Shown here: positions 1 to 10,159 of the stretch, piece after piece
How positions within the stretch are numbered: the stretch's first letter is position 1
Layout of the letters: every line of letters begins with the position of its first letter
From: Tetramitus jugosus
Lineage: Eukaryota > Protista > Heterolobosea
Direction of reading: 5' to 3'
DNA: 64,000 nucleotides
NCBI GenBank assembly: GCA_937625935.1
Contig: OW569352.1
Location: 62,001-126,000, forward strand
Position numbers and translations under genes: made by a program
Notes under the pieces: generated by a model
Seen by the model: the letters and a program-made list of their open reading frames with translations, nothing else
What the model was told of the DNA's origin: nothing
Database searches by the model: none

Positions 1-1
1 A

Positions 2-1345
2 CTCTAACCGTTCGAGATAATTTCGGGAAATTTGGAGCTCCCGCAATTTTGATTCGTCGAAGTGGTTGATTAGTTCCCTTAAAAATTGGAAAAATGAGTC
101 GGCGGTTGAAGTCATGGGCGATTTGGTTGTTGAGGTGGGCTGACTACCCGTGCAGCTCTCTTCCTCGACTGTAGCCGGTAATATCACATTGTAGCTACAC
201 TTCCAACTCGTAATTTGCTTGCATATCTCATAGGGTTCACTGTACAAGAGCTCTCGTAGCTTTGGCAGTTGCTGTTGCTGCTGTTGGTGTGAAAAACTAC
301 TGCACATTTTTTGTTTCTTGTTTGGTGAGACGGGCGATGCGAAAATCTCACCTGAATCATCATCATCATCATTCTTATGCTTCTCCTCTTGTTGTTCCTC
401 ACTCTTGAATTTGATCATTGTCATATCCACTGTAATTCCCTTGTGATTACTACTACCACTACTACTATTATGATTGTGTTGTTGTTGTTGTTGTGAATGA
501 CGGTGATCACACAACAATTGTCTCTTTAATGCTCGATTCCAGTCCACATCTTGTCGGTCATCATCACCACCAACATTTTCATCCTTCTCGTTTTCATCAT
601 CACAACCACCAGTCCTTGTCATTGCTATTGCTACTCTTGTTGTGTTGTGTTCATCATTATCATTACTCTGTTGACTCAATGTTCGTTTCATACTGTTGTT
701 GTGGTTCTCTCGAAAGGTACTCTTGTTGTTGTTCGTTGTCGTGACAGTAGGGGAATTCTCTGCTGTGGGCTGATAAAAATGCACCCTTTTCGCTCTTGGT
801 TTTTCTTCGTTTGTGTTTGACGGTTCTGGTGGGGAATTTTCCGCAGGGCTGGAGGGTGATGGTGTTTCTTGTTGTTGGGCTTGTTTAGCGATTCGGACTC
901 CTTCTCTTCGTTGTAAAACTCGAGCTCGAACTCTGTTTCCGGTAGTTGGTCTTGGACAGACAAGATTCAATGATAGAGATGGAGAAGCAGAGCCATTGTT
1001 GACTCCTGTATTGCTTTGCTTCCATGGTCGACAGACAACTTGCTCTTCTCTCTGTGGACTGACGACCGTGATTTGAAGAGGAGAGGGAGGTATTAACTTT
1101 CTTCCTTGGGAGTGAGAACTGCCTGACATCTTGCATATTGAAGATAATGGTGCAGATGGGGAGGAGTGCTGCAATCGGAGCATGTTCGATGTGGGAGATC
1201 TTCTTTTGAGCAGTGAAGTGTACTTTGATTGTAAAGGAGATAGTTGACGTGGGAGGTGCTGAGTTGCACTCACCGATACACGTGTCGGCGATGCTGTAGG
1301 TGTTAGAGGTGAATGGGAAGGTGAATTAGGTATGACGGTCGTCAT
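2..1345 (-). CDS. Hypothetical low-complexity protein, 3' end runs off the window
   Basis: Manual translation from ATG at 1345 (MTTVIPNSPSHSPLTP...) stays open to the window edge; Ser/Pro/Gln/Asp-rich; missing from the ORF track because it has no stop in the window. Confidence 0.7.
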   Translation of the reverse strand, partial: MTTVIPNSPSHSPLTPTASPTRVSVSATQHLPRQLSPLQSKYTSLLKRRSPTSNMLRLQHSSPSAPLSSICKMSGSSHSQGRKLIPPSPLQITVVSPQREEQVVCRPWKQSNTGVNNGSASPSLSLNLVCPRPTTGNRVRARVLQRREGVRIAKQAQQQETPSPSSPAENSPPEPSNTNEEKPRAKRVHFYQPTAENSPTVTTTNNNKSTFRENHNNSMKRTLSQQSNDNDEHNTTRVAIAMTRTGGCDDENEKDENVGGDDDRQDVDWNRALKRQLLCDHRHSQQQQQHNHNSSSGSSNHKGITVDMTMIKFKSEEQQEEKHKNDDDDDSGEIFASPVSPNKKQKMCSSFSHQQQQQQLPKLRELLYSEPYEICKQITSWKCSYNVILPATVEEESCTGSQPTSTTKSPMTSTADSFFQFLRELINHFDESKLRELQISRNYLERLE

Positions 1346-1631
1346 TTCTCAAATAATGGTTTGTTGAACTTTGTATTCTCAGATATTTGAAGGGGATGAG
1401 ATGGGATGAGATTTATTGCCGGTTGTGCAAGATATGTTTCGTGGTTTTGGTAAATAAAGCAAGTGTGCTGGCTCAAACAACATTTCTGCTTTTTATATCA
1501 GATTTCTCCTGGAGAGTATTCTTGTCCTTCATCTCTAAAAAGTTCCCGATCAGTATTTGGACAGAAACATTGACTTGTTTAGAAGGAACATCAAAAAAGT
1601 ACGAAAAAAAAGTACGAAACACAATCGTGGG

Positions 1632-2154
1632 TTTTTTTTTTTTTTTTTAATACAACAAATGGTGCTCACGCACCACGTTGCGGAACTTTTATTTTTCTTT
1701 TGCGTGAGAGCGGGCTTGCCTGCTCTCAATTGTCTAACATGATGTGGTGCTTGCCCAGTGGAGTGGCAGGCCTACGCAACAGGATTCATTCTCTTCTTGG
1801 AATGTTGTTTTGATCCCTTCTTCAGGGATTCGTTGCGAGGGCCTCCACTACCGTCTGGAGCACCACTGGTGAGGTCAGATGGCTCCGTAGTCCTAGCCAG
1901 TTGGTAGGACCTACGAAGAGCACCTGACTTGATACTGGCCAACCTGGCCGGGAGCTTGTTGGCAGCAGTGTCACCAACGGTGACACGTGCTGATCGCTTC
2001 TTGTGTTCGTTGAGTTGGGGACTCTGTAACTCACAGTCGGGGTTACTGAGATCCAACTCAACTGGATCTTCTTCGGTGGTTGTGCTTCTTGCACGGTCCA
2101 CCATGATTGCTCGGGCAGCAATCTCTTTCTTGACTTTCTTGAATACCTCGGAGG
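1632..2154 (-). mobile_element. 5'-truncated non-LTR retroelement (ORF1-only family) upstream of tRNA-Ala
   Basis: T17 tail at 1632-1648; perfect 16-bp TSD GAAACACAATCGTGGG at 1616-1631 and 2155-2170; near-identical to 8635-9157. Confidence 0.92.
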
Positions 2155-2201
2155 GAAACACAATCGTGGGTCCGGAGCATAATAGCTAAGAATAGTATCA
2201 A

Positions 2202-2274
2202 GGGGTCATGGCTCAGTTGGTAGAGCGCGTGCTTTGCATGCATGAGGTCCAGGGTTCGATTCCCTGTGGCTCCA
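2202..2274 (+). tRNA. tRNA-Ala(TGC)
   Basis: Cloverleaf GGGGTCA/TGGCTCC with G3:U70, anticodon loop TT-TGC-AT, T-loop TTCGATT, downstream T-runs. Confidence 0.96.
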
Positions 2275-2324
2275 GTTTTGCATTTTTGGCCAAGGTGATA
2301 AGAAAAAGCCAGCATTCATATAAC

Positions 2325-3557
2325 TCACGTGTTGTTATTGCTACAAAATATAGTCGAAATTGCAGAGATGAGATACTTCAACTCTCGTTTTGTTTGGATC
2401 TCCTCTGTGCCATGAAAGTCAACCGTAATTCCACTCGAGTAAATTCTCTCCAGTTGAAAATGCTTGCTGTCTAACACATAGAAGTGATAGGAATTTCCAT
2501 AAACCAATACACCCCACACGAAATCTGTAGCTTCATTGACTCTGTGATAGGTCAACCGTTGATCCCACAGTGCCATCAAATGCAAATACAGTTTCATTTG
2601 CAATTGTTCAAAATGGGAGGTGGAAACAACTGGAGACTCCACTCGATCACTCACCTGTATCACTCCAAGTGGTACTTGTGATGCATTTCCATGTCCATTC
2701 ACACCAATGTCAGCAGTATCACTACCGCCCTTGTAGTACACAAAATCTACCTCTCCATGAACTGTCATCTTGGCGCTATTATTTGTCATTGTACAACCAT
2801 CGGAATGACCATCATGATGCTGTTCAGATGCACATAATTCATGCATCTGTAAGGACAACGGAGCATTCATTTCAAAACATAGGCCAACCTTATTATTCTG
2901 ATGACGACGACAATGACGCTCTTCATCACAGCTTTCCACAATTCTGAAACACTCCATGATGACTTCATTGAGAAACAAGTGAAACACGTGATGATTCCAC
3001 CTTCTTGTTCGATTCATGAGCAACACCAACCTGTCATATAGATTATCAACATGTTGCAATGTAATCGTACTTGAAATTTTTCGTCGTTGTGCTTCAAATC
3101 TCTGCTTTTGTTCATTGTTGTTAGTGTTGCCATGATCGATTGATGCCAAAGAGTTGTTGAATAAATCTCGAGACAATTGTTCAAACGAAATCGACCACTG
3201 TCCCTCATCATCATCATCATCAGTGTCATTCTCATCACTGTTCATTTTCATCATTGGTCTAGTTCGATCATTCATCAACAACAACAATCCAATCTTTTTC
3301 TTTGCCTGTTGAAAAGTGTTGATTGTTGTTGGAGAATTCTCTCCTGATGCATGAGAGGTCTTGTCACTCAGCATGTATTGGTATTGGTATGGACTGCTAT
3401 TGATGATGGAAGATAAAAGCTTTTCATGTGAATGGGCGTCAATGAGACAATGGGAGTTGTGCAACAGTGGGTACAAGATGCGAGAGAGGTTACCTCCTGA
3501 TGCATGAGAGCTCGTGCCTGCTTCTGTGGCAATGGGTGATGTTGTGGTCGATTTCAT
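2325..3557 (-). CDS. Hypothetical protein with C-terminal PD-(D/E)XK/restriction-endonuclease-like region, probably degenerate
   Basis: Long ORF (probable start MKSTTT at 3557); motif order GEVDFVYY...LGVIQVS...Q...VWGVLVYGNSYHFY. Confidence 0.55.
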   Translation of the reverse strand: MKSTTTSPIATEAGTSSHASGGNLSRILYPLLHNSHCLIDAHSHEKLLSSIINSSPYQYQYMLSDKTSHASGENSPTTINTFQQAKKKIGLLLLMNDRTRPMMKMNSDENDTDDDDDEGQWSISFEQLSRDLFNNSLASIDHGNTNNNEQKQRFEAQRRKISSTITLQHVDNLYDRLVLLMNRTRRWNHHVFHLFLNEVIMECFRIVESCDEERHCRRHQNNKVGLCFEMNAPLSLQMHELCASEQHHDGHSDGCTMTNNSAKMTVHGEVDFVYYKGGSDTADIGVNGHGNASQVPLGVIQVSDRVESPVVSTSHFEQLQMKLYLHLMALWDQRLTYHRVNEATDFVWGVLVYGNSYHFYVLDSKHFQLERIYSSGITVDFHGTEEIQTKRELKYLISAISTIFCSNNNT

Positions 3558-3783
3558 TTGAAGCGTGTTGTTTGGGTGGATTTCTTTCTCGGTTCGCCAG
3601 TGTCGAGTTCTGTTCGAGTTTGCACTCGAAGTGTCCAATTTACAAAATTGTCGGACAAACTCCCGCAAATTCCGCAGTGATCGCACATTGTTTTTGTAGA
3701 GCAGACTTGTTTTTCTCCCAATTCAAGCCAACACAACAAGCAAAACAAATCCCTCTCACACAGTTTCTCTCAATCACGCAATC

Positions 3784-5358
3784 ATGCCATCTGATTTAAT
3801 CATTGGTGTCAAGTCCAACAAGGTCAATGACAACACTACCACTGTCACCCTCTCCACCACTGGTCAATCCGTCTTTAGCTCCAAATTCCTCTCCAGTGCC
3901 TTCTTGCAAAAGAACAAGTGGGACAATGGCAAGGTGCGTATCTGGTACAACTCTCAAGATGCTTCCCTGTTCAATGAACAGTATAATCAATTGAGCAATG
4001 ACCTCCAAAGAGTTGCATTCGTTGCTTATGAAAGCACAGTAGAAGCTTCCAAGTTGTTGGAAGTGGTTCACTTGAAGGAACAGTTTGATTTGAGTGGTAT
4101 CGAGGTTAATGAAGCTTCCATCGATACTCAAAACAGAGTTCGTGATGCTGCTACTGCTGCTTTGAAGACACTGTTTGATGATGACAGAGAGCTTGCAAAG
4201 GAAGTGGCTGTGGATGATTTTGATGGAAATGCTCAGTATGCAGCAGAAGGTGCCTACTTGAGCAACTATCAATTCTATTTGGATGAAGCAAAGCAACAAA
4301 AATTGAAGCAAACAGAGTTGAGCTTGTTGTTGAGTGGAAACAGTGATTTGGCATCTGCTTGGACCAAGGGAAAGATTATTTCTACGAGTCAAAACTTTGC
4401 CAAGTGGTTGGAAGAGTTGCCAGCCAACTATTGTACTCCAACACTGTTCTGTGAGTTGGCTCAAAAGCGTCTCGGTGGATCCACCAAGGTTCAAGTCGAG
4501 ATTCATGACGAAAAGTGGGCCAAGGAACTGAACATGAACAGCTACTTGTCTGTTTCTTCCGGATCTGATGAACCACCAAGAGTCTTGGAACTCAAGTTCC
4601 TCAACAATCCAAACAAGACGAATGGAGAGATTGATTTGGCATTTGTAGGCAAGGGTGTTACATTTGACTCTGGTGGTATTTCCTTGAAGCCTGGACCAGA
4701 TATGAAGCTCATGAAGGCTGATATGGGTGGTGCAGCTACTGTTGTTGCCTCTGTTTTGGCTATTGCTGAGCTCAACTTGCCACTCAATGTTGTAGCTGTC
4801 AATATGATGGTGGAGAACATGATCAATGGTCGCGCAACTCGTCCAGGAGACGTTCTTACTGCATCCAACGGAAAGACTATTGAAATTGATAACACTGATG
4901 CTGAGGGTCGTTTGGCTCTTGCCGACGGTTTGGTCTATGTCTCCAAGCAATACAAGCCAGATTACTTGATTGATATGGCTACTTTGACCGGTGCCATTGG
5001 TGTTGCTATTGGAGCCACAGCTGCTGGTTGCTTCACAAACAGCAACAGCACATGGAAGTTGTTGGAGGCATCTGGTTATGAGACGAATGAATTCTTGTGG
5101 CGTATGCCATTGTTCAGAACTCCATACAAGAAGCAATTGAAGGCCTTGTCTGCAGATTTGAACAATATTGGTGGTTCTGCTGGAGGTAGTTGCACTGCTG
5201 CAGTCTTCTTGGCTGAATTCGTTGATCACTCACTTGTCAAGAACTGGGTCCACTTGGATATCGCCAAGGTTGTCATTCCAAAGAGCGACGAATGTGGAAC
5301 TGGTCGACCAACGAGAGCTGTCGTTCGATTTGCAGAAAAGTTGGCCAACAGAAATTGA
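3784..5358 (+). CDS. LAP3: Cytosolic leucyl aminopeptidase (peptidase M17)
   Basis: VGKGVTFDSGGISLKP, MKADMGGAA, NTDAEGRL, DMATLTGA, WVHLDIA motifs. Confidence 0.97.
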   Translation: MPSDLIIGVKSNKVNDNTTTVTLSTTGQSVFSSKFLSSAFLQKNKWDNGKVRIWYNSQDASLFNEQYNQLSNDLQRVAFVAYESTVEASKLLEVVHLKEQFDLSGIEVNEASIDTQNRVRDAATAALKTLFDDDRELAKEVAVDDFDGNAQYAAEGAYLSNYQFYLDEAKQQKLKQTELSLLLSGNSDLASAWTKGKIISTSQNFAKWLEELPANYCTPTLFCELAQKRLGGSTKVQVEIHDEKWAKELNMNSYLSVSSGSDEPPRVLELKFLNNPNKTNGEIDLAFVGKGVTFDSGGISLKPGPDMKLMKADMGGAATVVASVLAIAELNLPLNVVAVNMMVENMINGRATRPGDVLTASNGKTIEIDNTDAEGRLALADGLVYVSKQYKPDYLIDMATLTGAIGVAIGATAAGCFTNSNSTWKLLEASGYETNEFLWRMPLFRTPYKKQLKALSADLNNIGGSAGGSCTAAVFLAEFVDHSLVKNWVHLDIAKVVIPKSDECGTGRPTRAVVRFAEKLANRN

Positions 5359-5500
5359 GTTCGCCACAAAATGAAGTCACATTCCTTCAGAAACAAGAAA
5401 TGAAGGAAACAGCTTTTTCCACGCCATCTGAGCATGCCGTAATTCAAATAAAAATTGAAGTGATCATCATCAAACAAACACCAAAAAAGATCACACTCAC

Positions 5501-6268
5501 ATGACAGCAGAACAATCTCCACAAACAGCACAACAATCCATTCCACTGACTCGATTGTTCGTGACTCAACCCAACAGTGCTACAAATGTGACCAAACCAA
5601 CAACACTCACACCAATGACAATGCCAATCACACCACCGACAATCACACCAACACTCACACCAACAGGTACATCTCTTGTGAGCGTCAACTCAAATAGTGG
5701 ACTTCCACTTCCAAACTTTCATACTCCAAAAATTTCAGACAAAGATGCCAGGCATGAGATCTCTGTTGAAGTCGTGCCTGGTGTTTTTAGTCTCATTCCC
5801 CAGTGCATACACAGTGGATGTTTCTATTACAATGTCGGTGACAGAATTCGTTTCCGATTGTGGAATCGCGGACCCCGCACACTGTATTATGCCCTGTTTT
5901 TTGTAAGCACAAAAAATAATGTTTGTCTGTTGCCGATCCATGGTGGTGGTGATACAGCAGAGGAAGCTTCTCCGCCGAGGGTATACAAGACGAGTATTTC
6001 AAGTCAAGATTTTGGCTCGTTTGAAAAAGATGAGGAGAGAGCCATTTTCATGCACACCAAGGAGCTACCAGATTGTGATTCAGAGGGGAAAACAAAGGTG
6101 ATTGTTGTGACGACGGCAGCAGATCCAACAAGTGTGGATATTCTGTCACGTATTGAATCACTGGGCTATGCGAGTCATTCAAGTCAGAGGCTAGTCAAGG
6201 GAGACGGTGTCGTTTATATTGAGAATTATGTTTTCTTTTCGAGCTTGGATGATTACATGGCCAGGTGA
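5501..6268 (+). CDS. Hypothetical protein (Thr/Pro-rich N-terminus, beta-rich C-terminal domain)
   Basis: 255-aa ORF with ATG after a CA-rich leader; no recognised motif. Confidence 0.65.
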   Translation: MTAEQSPQTAQQSIPLTRLFVTQPNSATNVTKPTTLTPMTMPITPPTITPTLTPTGTSLVSVNSNSGLPLPNFHTPKISDKDARHEISVEVVPGVFSLIPQCIHSGCFYYNVGDRIRFRLWNRGPRTLYYALFFVSTKNNVCLLPIHGGGDTAEEASPPRVYKTSISSQDFGSFEKDEERAIFMHTKELPDCDSEGKTKVIVVTTAADPTSVDILSRIESLGYASHSSQRLVKGDGVVYIENYVFFSSLDDYMAR

Positions 6269-6432
6269 AGGAACAAAATAAAAGCATTGAACTGTTGACA
6301 AACAAAAACGACTAAAGAAGAAATGGGCTTAGTGATGGATACTCGTATTAGTGACTGCGTCTGTAATGACGTATTGAAAGGTATCCCAGAGTTGGTTCAA
6401 TAAAATTCTCTTGTGTTGCTACTTGAATGCAA

Positions 6433-7171
6433 TTTTTTTTCATACAATCATTTCGCTTGCTTTTCTCTACGAAGGAGAGTCGTGAGACATCTCCGTTTCA
6501 CCCCATTCACATAGGTTCTTGCTTTCTTACCGGCCACTCTTGTTTTGACCCCATTCGCTACCAGTCCGTTGGTGACATCTTCGATGGCATTTGTTTCTAT
6601 GCCCATCATACCCTTCAGAAATTCTCTACTCGTCCATCGCAAAGGACGCTTTTCCATCTTGCCATCCTTCAGTCTCACATTATCGAACCATATGTCGATA
6701 CATCTGTTGGCGGATACACCCATGCTGGTCAGCTCCGTACTGACTGCCAAAGTTAGACATCTTCTAGCATACACAGCCCTTAGGCATCGAATGAGGCAGT
6801 GCAACACACTTTCGGGTTCTTTGCAGCACCAGACACACATTGTGGGATCAGCACCCGTGCTCTTCAGACATCGAACAACTTCCTCCGTGTGGAGAGTGGA
6901 GAGTCTCACTTCTGACCTGAAGCTGGAACCATTCCAGTCTTCTTTCAACAGTGTGTGGGTACTTGAGAAAGCAGAAGTCTGCTCCACTGTAATTGGCATC
7001 CTTTTGAATCCACCAACGCTCGCTCTTCTCTACACGTGCATTCCTCTCCTGATCAAACAGGGACTGCAGATGTTCCCTACTCTCTGCTCGGAGGTTACCT
7101 TTGTACAGAGCAGGTTCATCTTTAGTGGTGGTTTGGTTTATGCACTGACAGGTCCTGACAGGATGGAACAA
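6433..7171 (-). mobile_element. Degenerate 3' fragment of non-LTR retrotransposon ORF2 (C-terminal CCHC zinc knuckle)
   Basis: T8 tail at 6433-6440; CVWC..EPESVLHCLIRC; two overlapping ORFs (6848-7177, 6448-6999) joined by a frameshift near 6895 align with the ORF at 7277-8608 (WWIQKD/WRIQKE, LEWFQLQVRSETLH/LEWFVAQVKSHTLH). Confidence 0.85.
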
Positions 7172-7185
7172 ATCCATCTGTCAGC

Positions 7186-8620
7186 TTTTTTTTTTAAATA
7201 CAACCAATGGTTGCGCTGTTTATTCGTTGTTGTTTCTCTTCTACATGATGTAGCTGTTTATGACGGCAGAATGCCGTCACTGTTGCATTGTTTGTTGCTG
7301 GTGCTCGTAGATAAGACAGTAAAGAACTGTCTCTTGCTCGAAATTGCACTTCGGACATGTCGTATCCATATCCTCCACGCTATATAGATTCTTCACTACT
7401 GCCTTTGTGTGAAGTGTGTGACTTTTGACTTGGGCAACGAACCATTCCAGCTGTCTGGTCACCCTGAACGGACACCTCATAAATGAAAAATCAGTGACAC
7501 CCAAACACTCCTTTTGAATCCTCCATCCCAATTGTATCTCTGTACTGTCTGGTGAATACATTCCAGAGCTGTTTTTTTTTTCCGTGACTTCAAAGTTATC
7601 CCTGTACATTAGTACCGGCGGAGCTGCGGCCCTGTTCTCGTGCTTTTCATTGCACTGAAGCATTTCTAGATCCAAGAGGATGTTCCTATAACGCAAAGCA
7701 CTGATTCCGAAGTTGCCGTGAACTTTAACTAGCTCACTGTGCTTAATCCACTTACCCTCTCTTGTCAGCTGTTTCCTCAGGCTGATACCCATCTTGAAGA
7801 ACTTCTTGGCCACATCATTTGGTTGAGAAAAGGAGAGATTGCAACCAAGACAATCGACTTCATCACCATATGAAATTGTTAAACAGTTATTGTGCATCCG
7901 CTCCGCACACCATCTGAGATATGTGTGCTTGACCAACTCCAACCTATTGTTGGACTGAAAGACATTCTCCTTTTGGAATGTTTGCTGAAACTTGATCTCC
8001 TCAAGCGAGTCCAACATAAGTTTGTGAGCTTCGGTGTCACTCTTACCTCTCACCATATCCTTGATGAACCAGGCGGTTCTCACAAGGATCGACTGCTCGA
8101 TTTTGCGCAGACCAAATCCACCATTTTCACTTGAGACCTGCAACAAATCAGACGGGTACCGCCTCATAGCAACGGAGCCTTGTTTGATGAGCGCCTTCCC
8201 CATCTGGTTAACCTTCGTGATCCATCCTTTTGTCCAATGTGTGAATTCACACGCATAGAGGAACACCGGATGGATGCATGTGTTGATGATTCTTGCCACT
8301 TGCCTCGGAGTGAGTTTCATGATACTCAAACGGTTGATCACCCTCTTAACCTTATCTTGCGCCTGCTCCTTTTGTTTGGTTGTACAACCATTCAAGTTAG
8401 TGAAGAGCCCCAGTGCCCTGAAGGTTTTTTCACTGCCATTTGCTCGCACAACAACATTGTTGACCACTATGTTGTGCTCAGACCTTTTCCTACCCATCTT
8501 CCGGACATAGAGCTCCAGTTTGTTAGGGTGCATGACCATTTTGAGCATACCCAGCACTTCACTCATTTTGTTTACAGTCCTCTCAATGTCCCCCCTGTTG
8601 TTTGACATTAGGTTACAGTC
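7186..8620 (-). mobile_element. 5'-truncated non-LTR retrotransposon (ORF2 from the RT catalytic DD through thumb and zinc knuckle)
   Basis: T10 tail at 7186-7195; TSD ATCC(A/T)TCTGTCAGC at 7172-7185 and 8621-8634; reading frame begins DD-CNLMS at the junction, then FRALG, GGFGL and CPKC...ETVLYC. Confidence 0.88.
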
Positions 8621-8634
8621 ATCCTTCTGTCAGC

Positions 8635-10030
8635 TTTTTTTTTTTTTTTTTAATACAACAAATGGTGCTCACGCACCACGTTGCGGAACTTTTATTTTTC
8701 TTTTGTGTGAGAGCAGGATTGCCTGTTCTCAATTGTCTAACATGATGTGGTGCTTGCCCAGTGGAGTGGCAGGCCTACGCAACAGGATTCATTCTCTTCT
8801 TGGAATGTTGTTTTGATCCCTTCTTCAGGGATTCGTTGCGAGGGCCTCCACTACCATCTGGAGCACCACTGGTGAGGTCAGATGGCTCCGTAGTCCTGGC
8901 CAATTGGTAGGACCTACGGAGAGCACCTGACTTGATACTGGCCAACCTGGCCGGGATCTTGTTGGCAGCAGTGTCACCAACGGTGACACGTGCTGATCGC
9001 TTCTTGTGTTCGTTGAGTTGGGGACTCTGTAACTCACAGTCGGGGTTACTGAGATCCAACTCAACTGGATCTTCTTCGGTGGTTGTGCTTCTTGCACGGT
9101 CCACCATGATTGCTCGGGCAGCAATCTCTTTCTTGACTTTCTTGAACACCTCGGAGGTGTTCAATACTAGCTCGAAGATTGCTCTGTTACGAGCATCCTC
9201 ATCAATGGTGTTGTTGGTTGGCTCTTGGGTGACCGTAGTTGGAGTGGCGGGATGGGACTCCGGCATGATCGACTCCCAGTCATCGGTCGTAGACGGAGTC
9301 GAAGGTTCGAATTCGGAGATTCGCTCCGGCGTCCTTGGAGACGGGGATGCGAGGGGAATCCGGTTGACGGAAGCCATATCTTTTAACACACTGACTTGGT
9401 GGCGCAGGTCGTCCACCACAGCCAGTAGCTCTTGGTACATCTTGGTCAGCCTCTTGCTGACAGCCTTGACCGGATCACGTGGGCGTGGAAGGAAGCGCTT
9501 TGCTTCCACCTCCACTGGCATGGATTGAACGTTCCGAAGCAAAGCTTCGGCATACGTTTCGGACTCCATCACAACAAAGGCGGTGTCGTGCTTCTTGAGC
9601 ACGTTCTTGACCTTTGTTGTGCCAAGCATGACCTTGATGTCGTCCTCCGTCTTACCTTTGACACCGTGGAGGACGACCTTCTTGGCACAATCTACGTTGT
9701 GCTTGAGTGCTGCCTTGCAGCCACTCATCTTCTTGTTGCGGTTGAAGGATTCAACAAATGGGTAAATGTTGTCATCAACAACGGTTACCCACGCAACAAA
9801 CCTCTTGGGGCCCTTCTTGATGACTTGGACCCTGGTGAGCAAATCACCAAAATCCAAGCCAATCTTCTTGGCCAAGGCAGCCTTGGGGGAGTCATCGCAC
9901 TTTCCAGTGATGATGACCTCCTTGCTGCTTGGCGCTGTTCCTCTTGGTGCTGTGGTCCACACAGCATAGCGTGGATTCTCATACTCACGAACAACAGGGG
10001 TGTGTGTTCGTTTTTTCATCGGCGTTTTTT
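8635..10030 (-). mobile_element. ORF1-only (non-autonomous) non-LTR retroelement upstream of tRNA-Lys
   Basis: T17 tail at 8635-8651; TSD (TC)ATCCTTCTGTCAGC at 8619-8634 and 10031-10046; single ORF followed directly by ~125-bp 3' UTR and poly(A). Confidence 0.9.
8775..10019 (-). CDS. Retroelement ORF1-like (gag-like) protein with RRM-like region and coiled coil
   Basis: KKVVLHGV...TAFVVMESETYAEALL resembles an RRM; heptad LTKMYQELLAVVDDLRHQVSVLKD; lies within the TSD-bounded element. Confidence 0.7.
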   Translation of the reverse strand: MKKRTHTPVVREYENPRYAVWTTAPRGTAPSSKEVIITGKCDDSPKAALAKKIGLDFGDLLTRVQVIKKGPKRFVAWVTVVDDNIYPFVESFNRNKKMSGCKAALKHNVDCAKKVVLHGVKGKTEDDIKVMLGTTKVKNVLKKHDTAFVVMESETYAEALLRNVQSMPVEVEAKRFLPRPRDPVKAVSKRLTKMYQELLAVVDDLRHQVSVLKDMASVNRIPLASPSPRTPERISEFEPSTPSTTDDWESIMPESHPATPTTVTQEPTNNTIDEDARNRAIFELVLNTSEVFKKVKKEIAARAIMVDRARSTTTEEDPVELDLSNPDCELQSPQLNEHKKRSARVTVGDTAANKIPARLASIKSGALRRSYQLARTTEPSDLTSGAPDGSGGPRNESLKKGSKQHSKKRMNPVA

Positions 10031-10086
10031 TCATCCTTCTGTCAGCGAAAGTCGTCAATAAACACTAAAAACAAATTAAACAACAA

Positions 10087-10159
10087 GCCTCCCTAGCTCA
10101 GTCGGTAGAGCGTTGGGCTTTTAACCCAACGGTCGGGGGTTCGAACCCCCCGGGAGGCG
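10087..10159 (+). tRNA. tRNA-Lys(TTT)
   Basis: GCCTCCC/GGGAGGC acceptor stem, anticodon loop CT-TTT-AA, TTCGAAC T-loop, T5 terminator. Confidence 0.96.

Noticed and set aside
3796-5229. 477-aa antisense ORF over the aminopeptidase
   Set aside because: Shadow ORF produced by the codon bias of a conserved gene; no motifs
6545-7387. 280-aa plus-strand ORF
   Set aside because: Antisense to retroelement ORF2 fragments and crosses a poly(T) junction between two separate insertions
10020-10058. ORF1 N-terminal extension MTTFADRRMKKTP
   Set aside because: Extends through the TSD into host flank, so it is not part of the element
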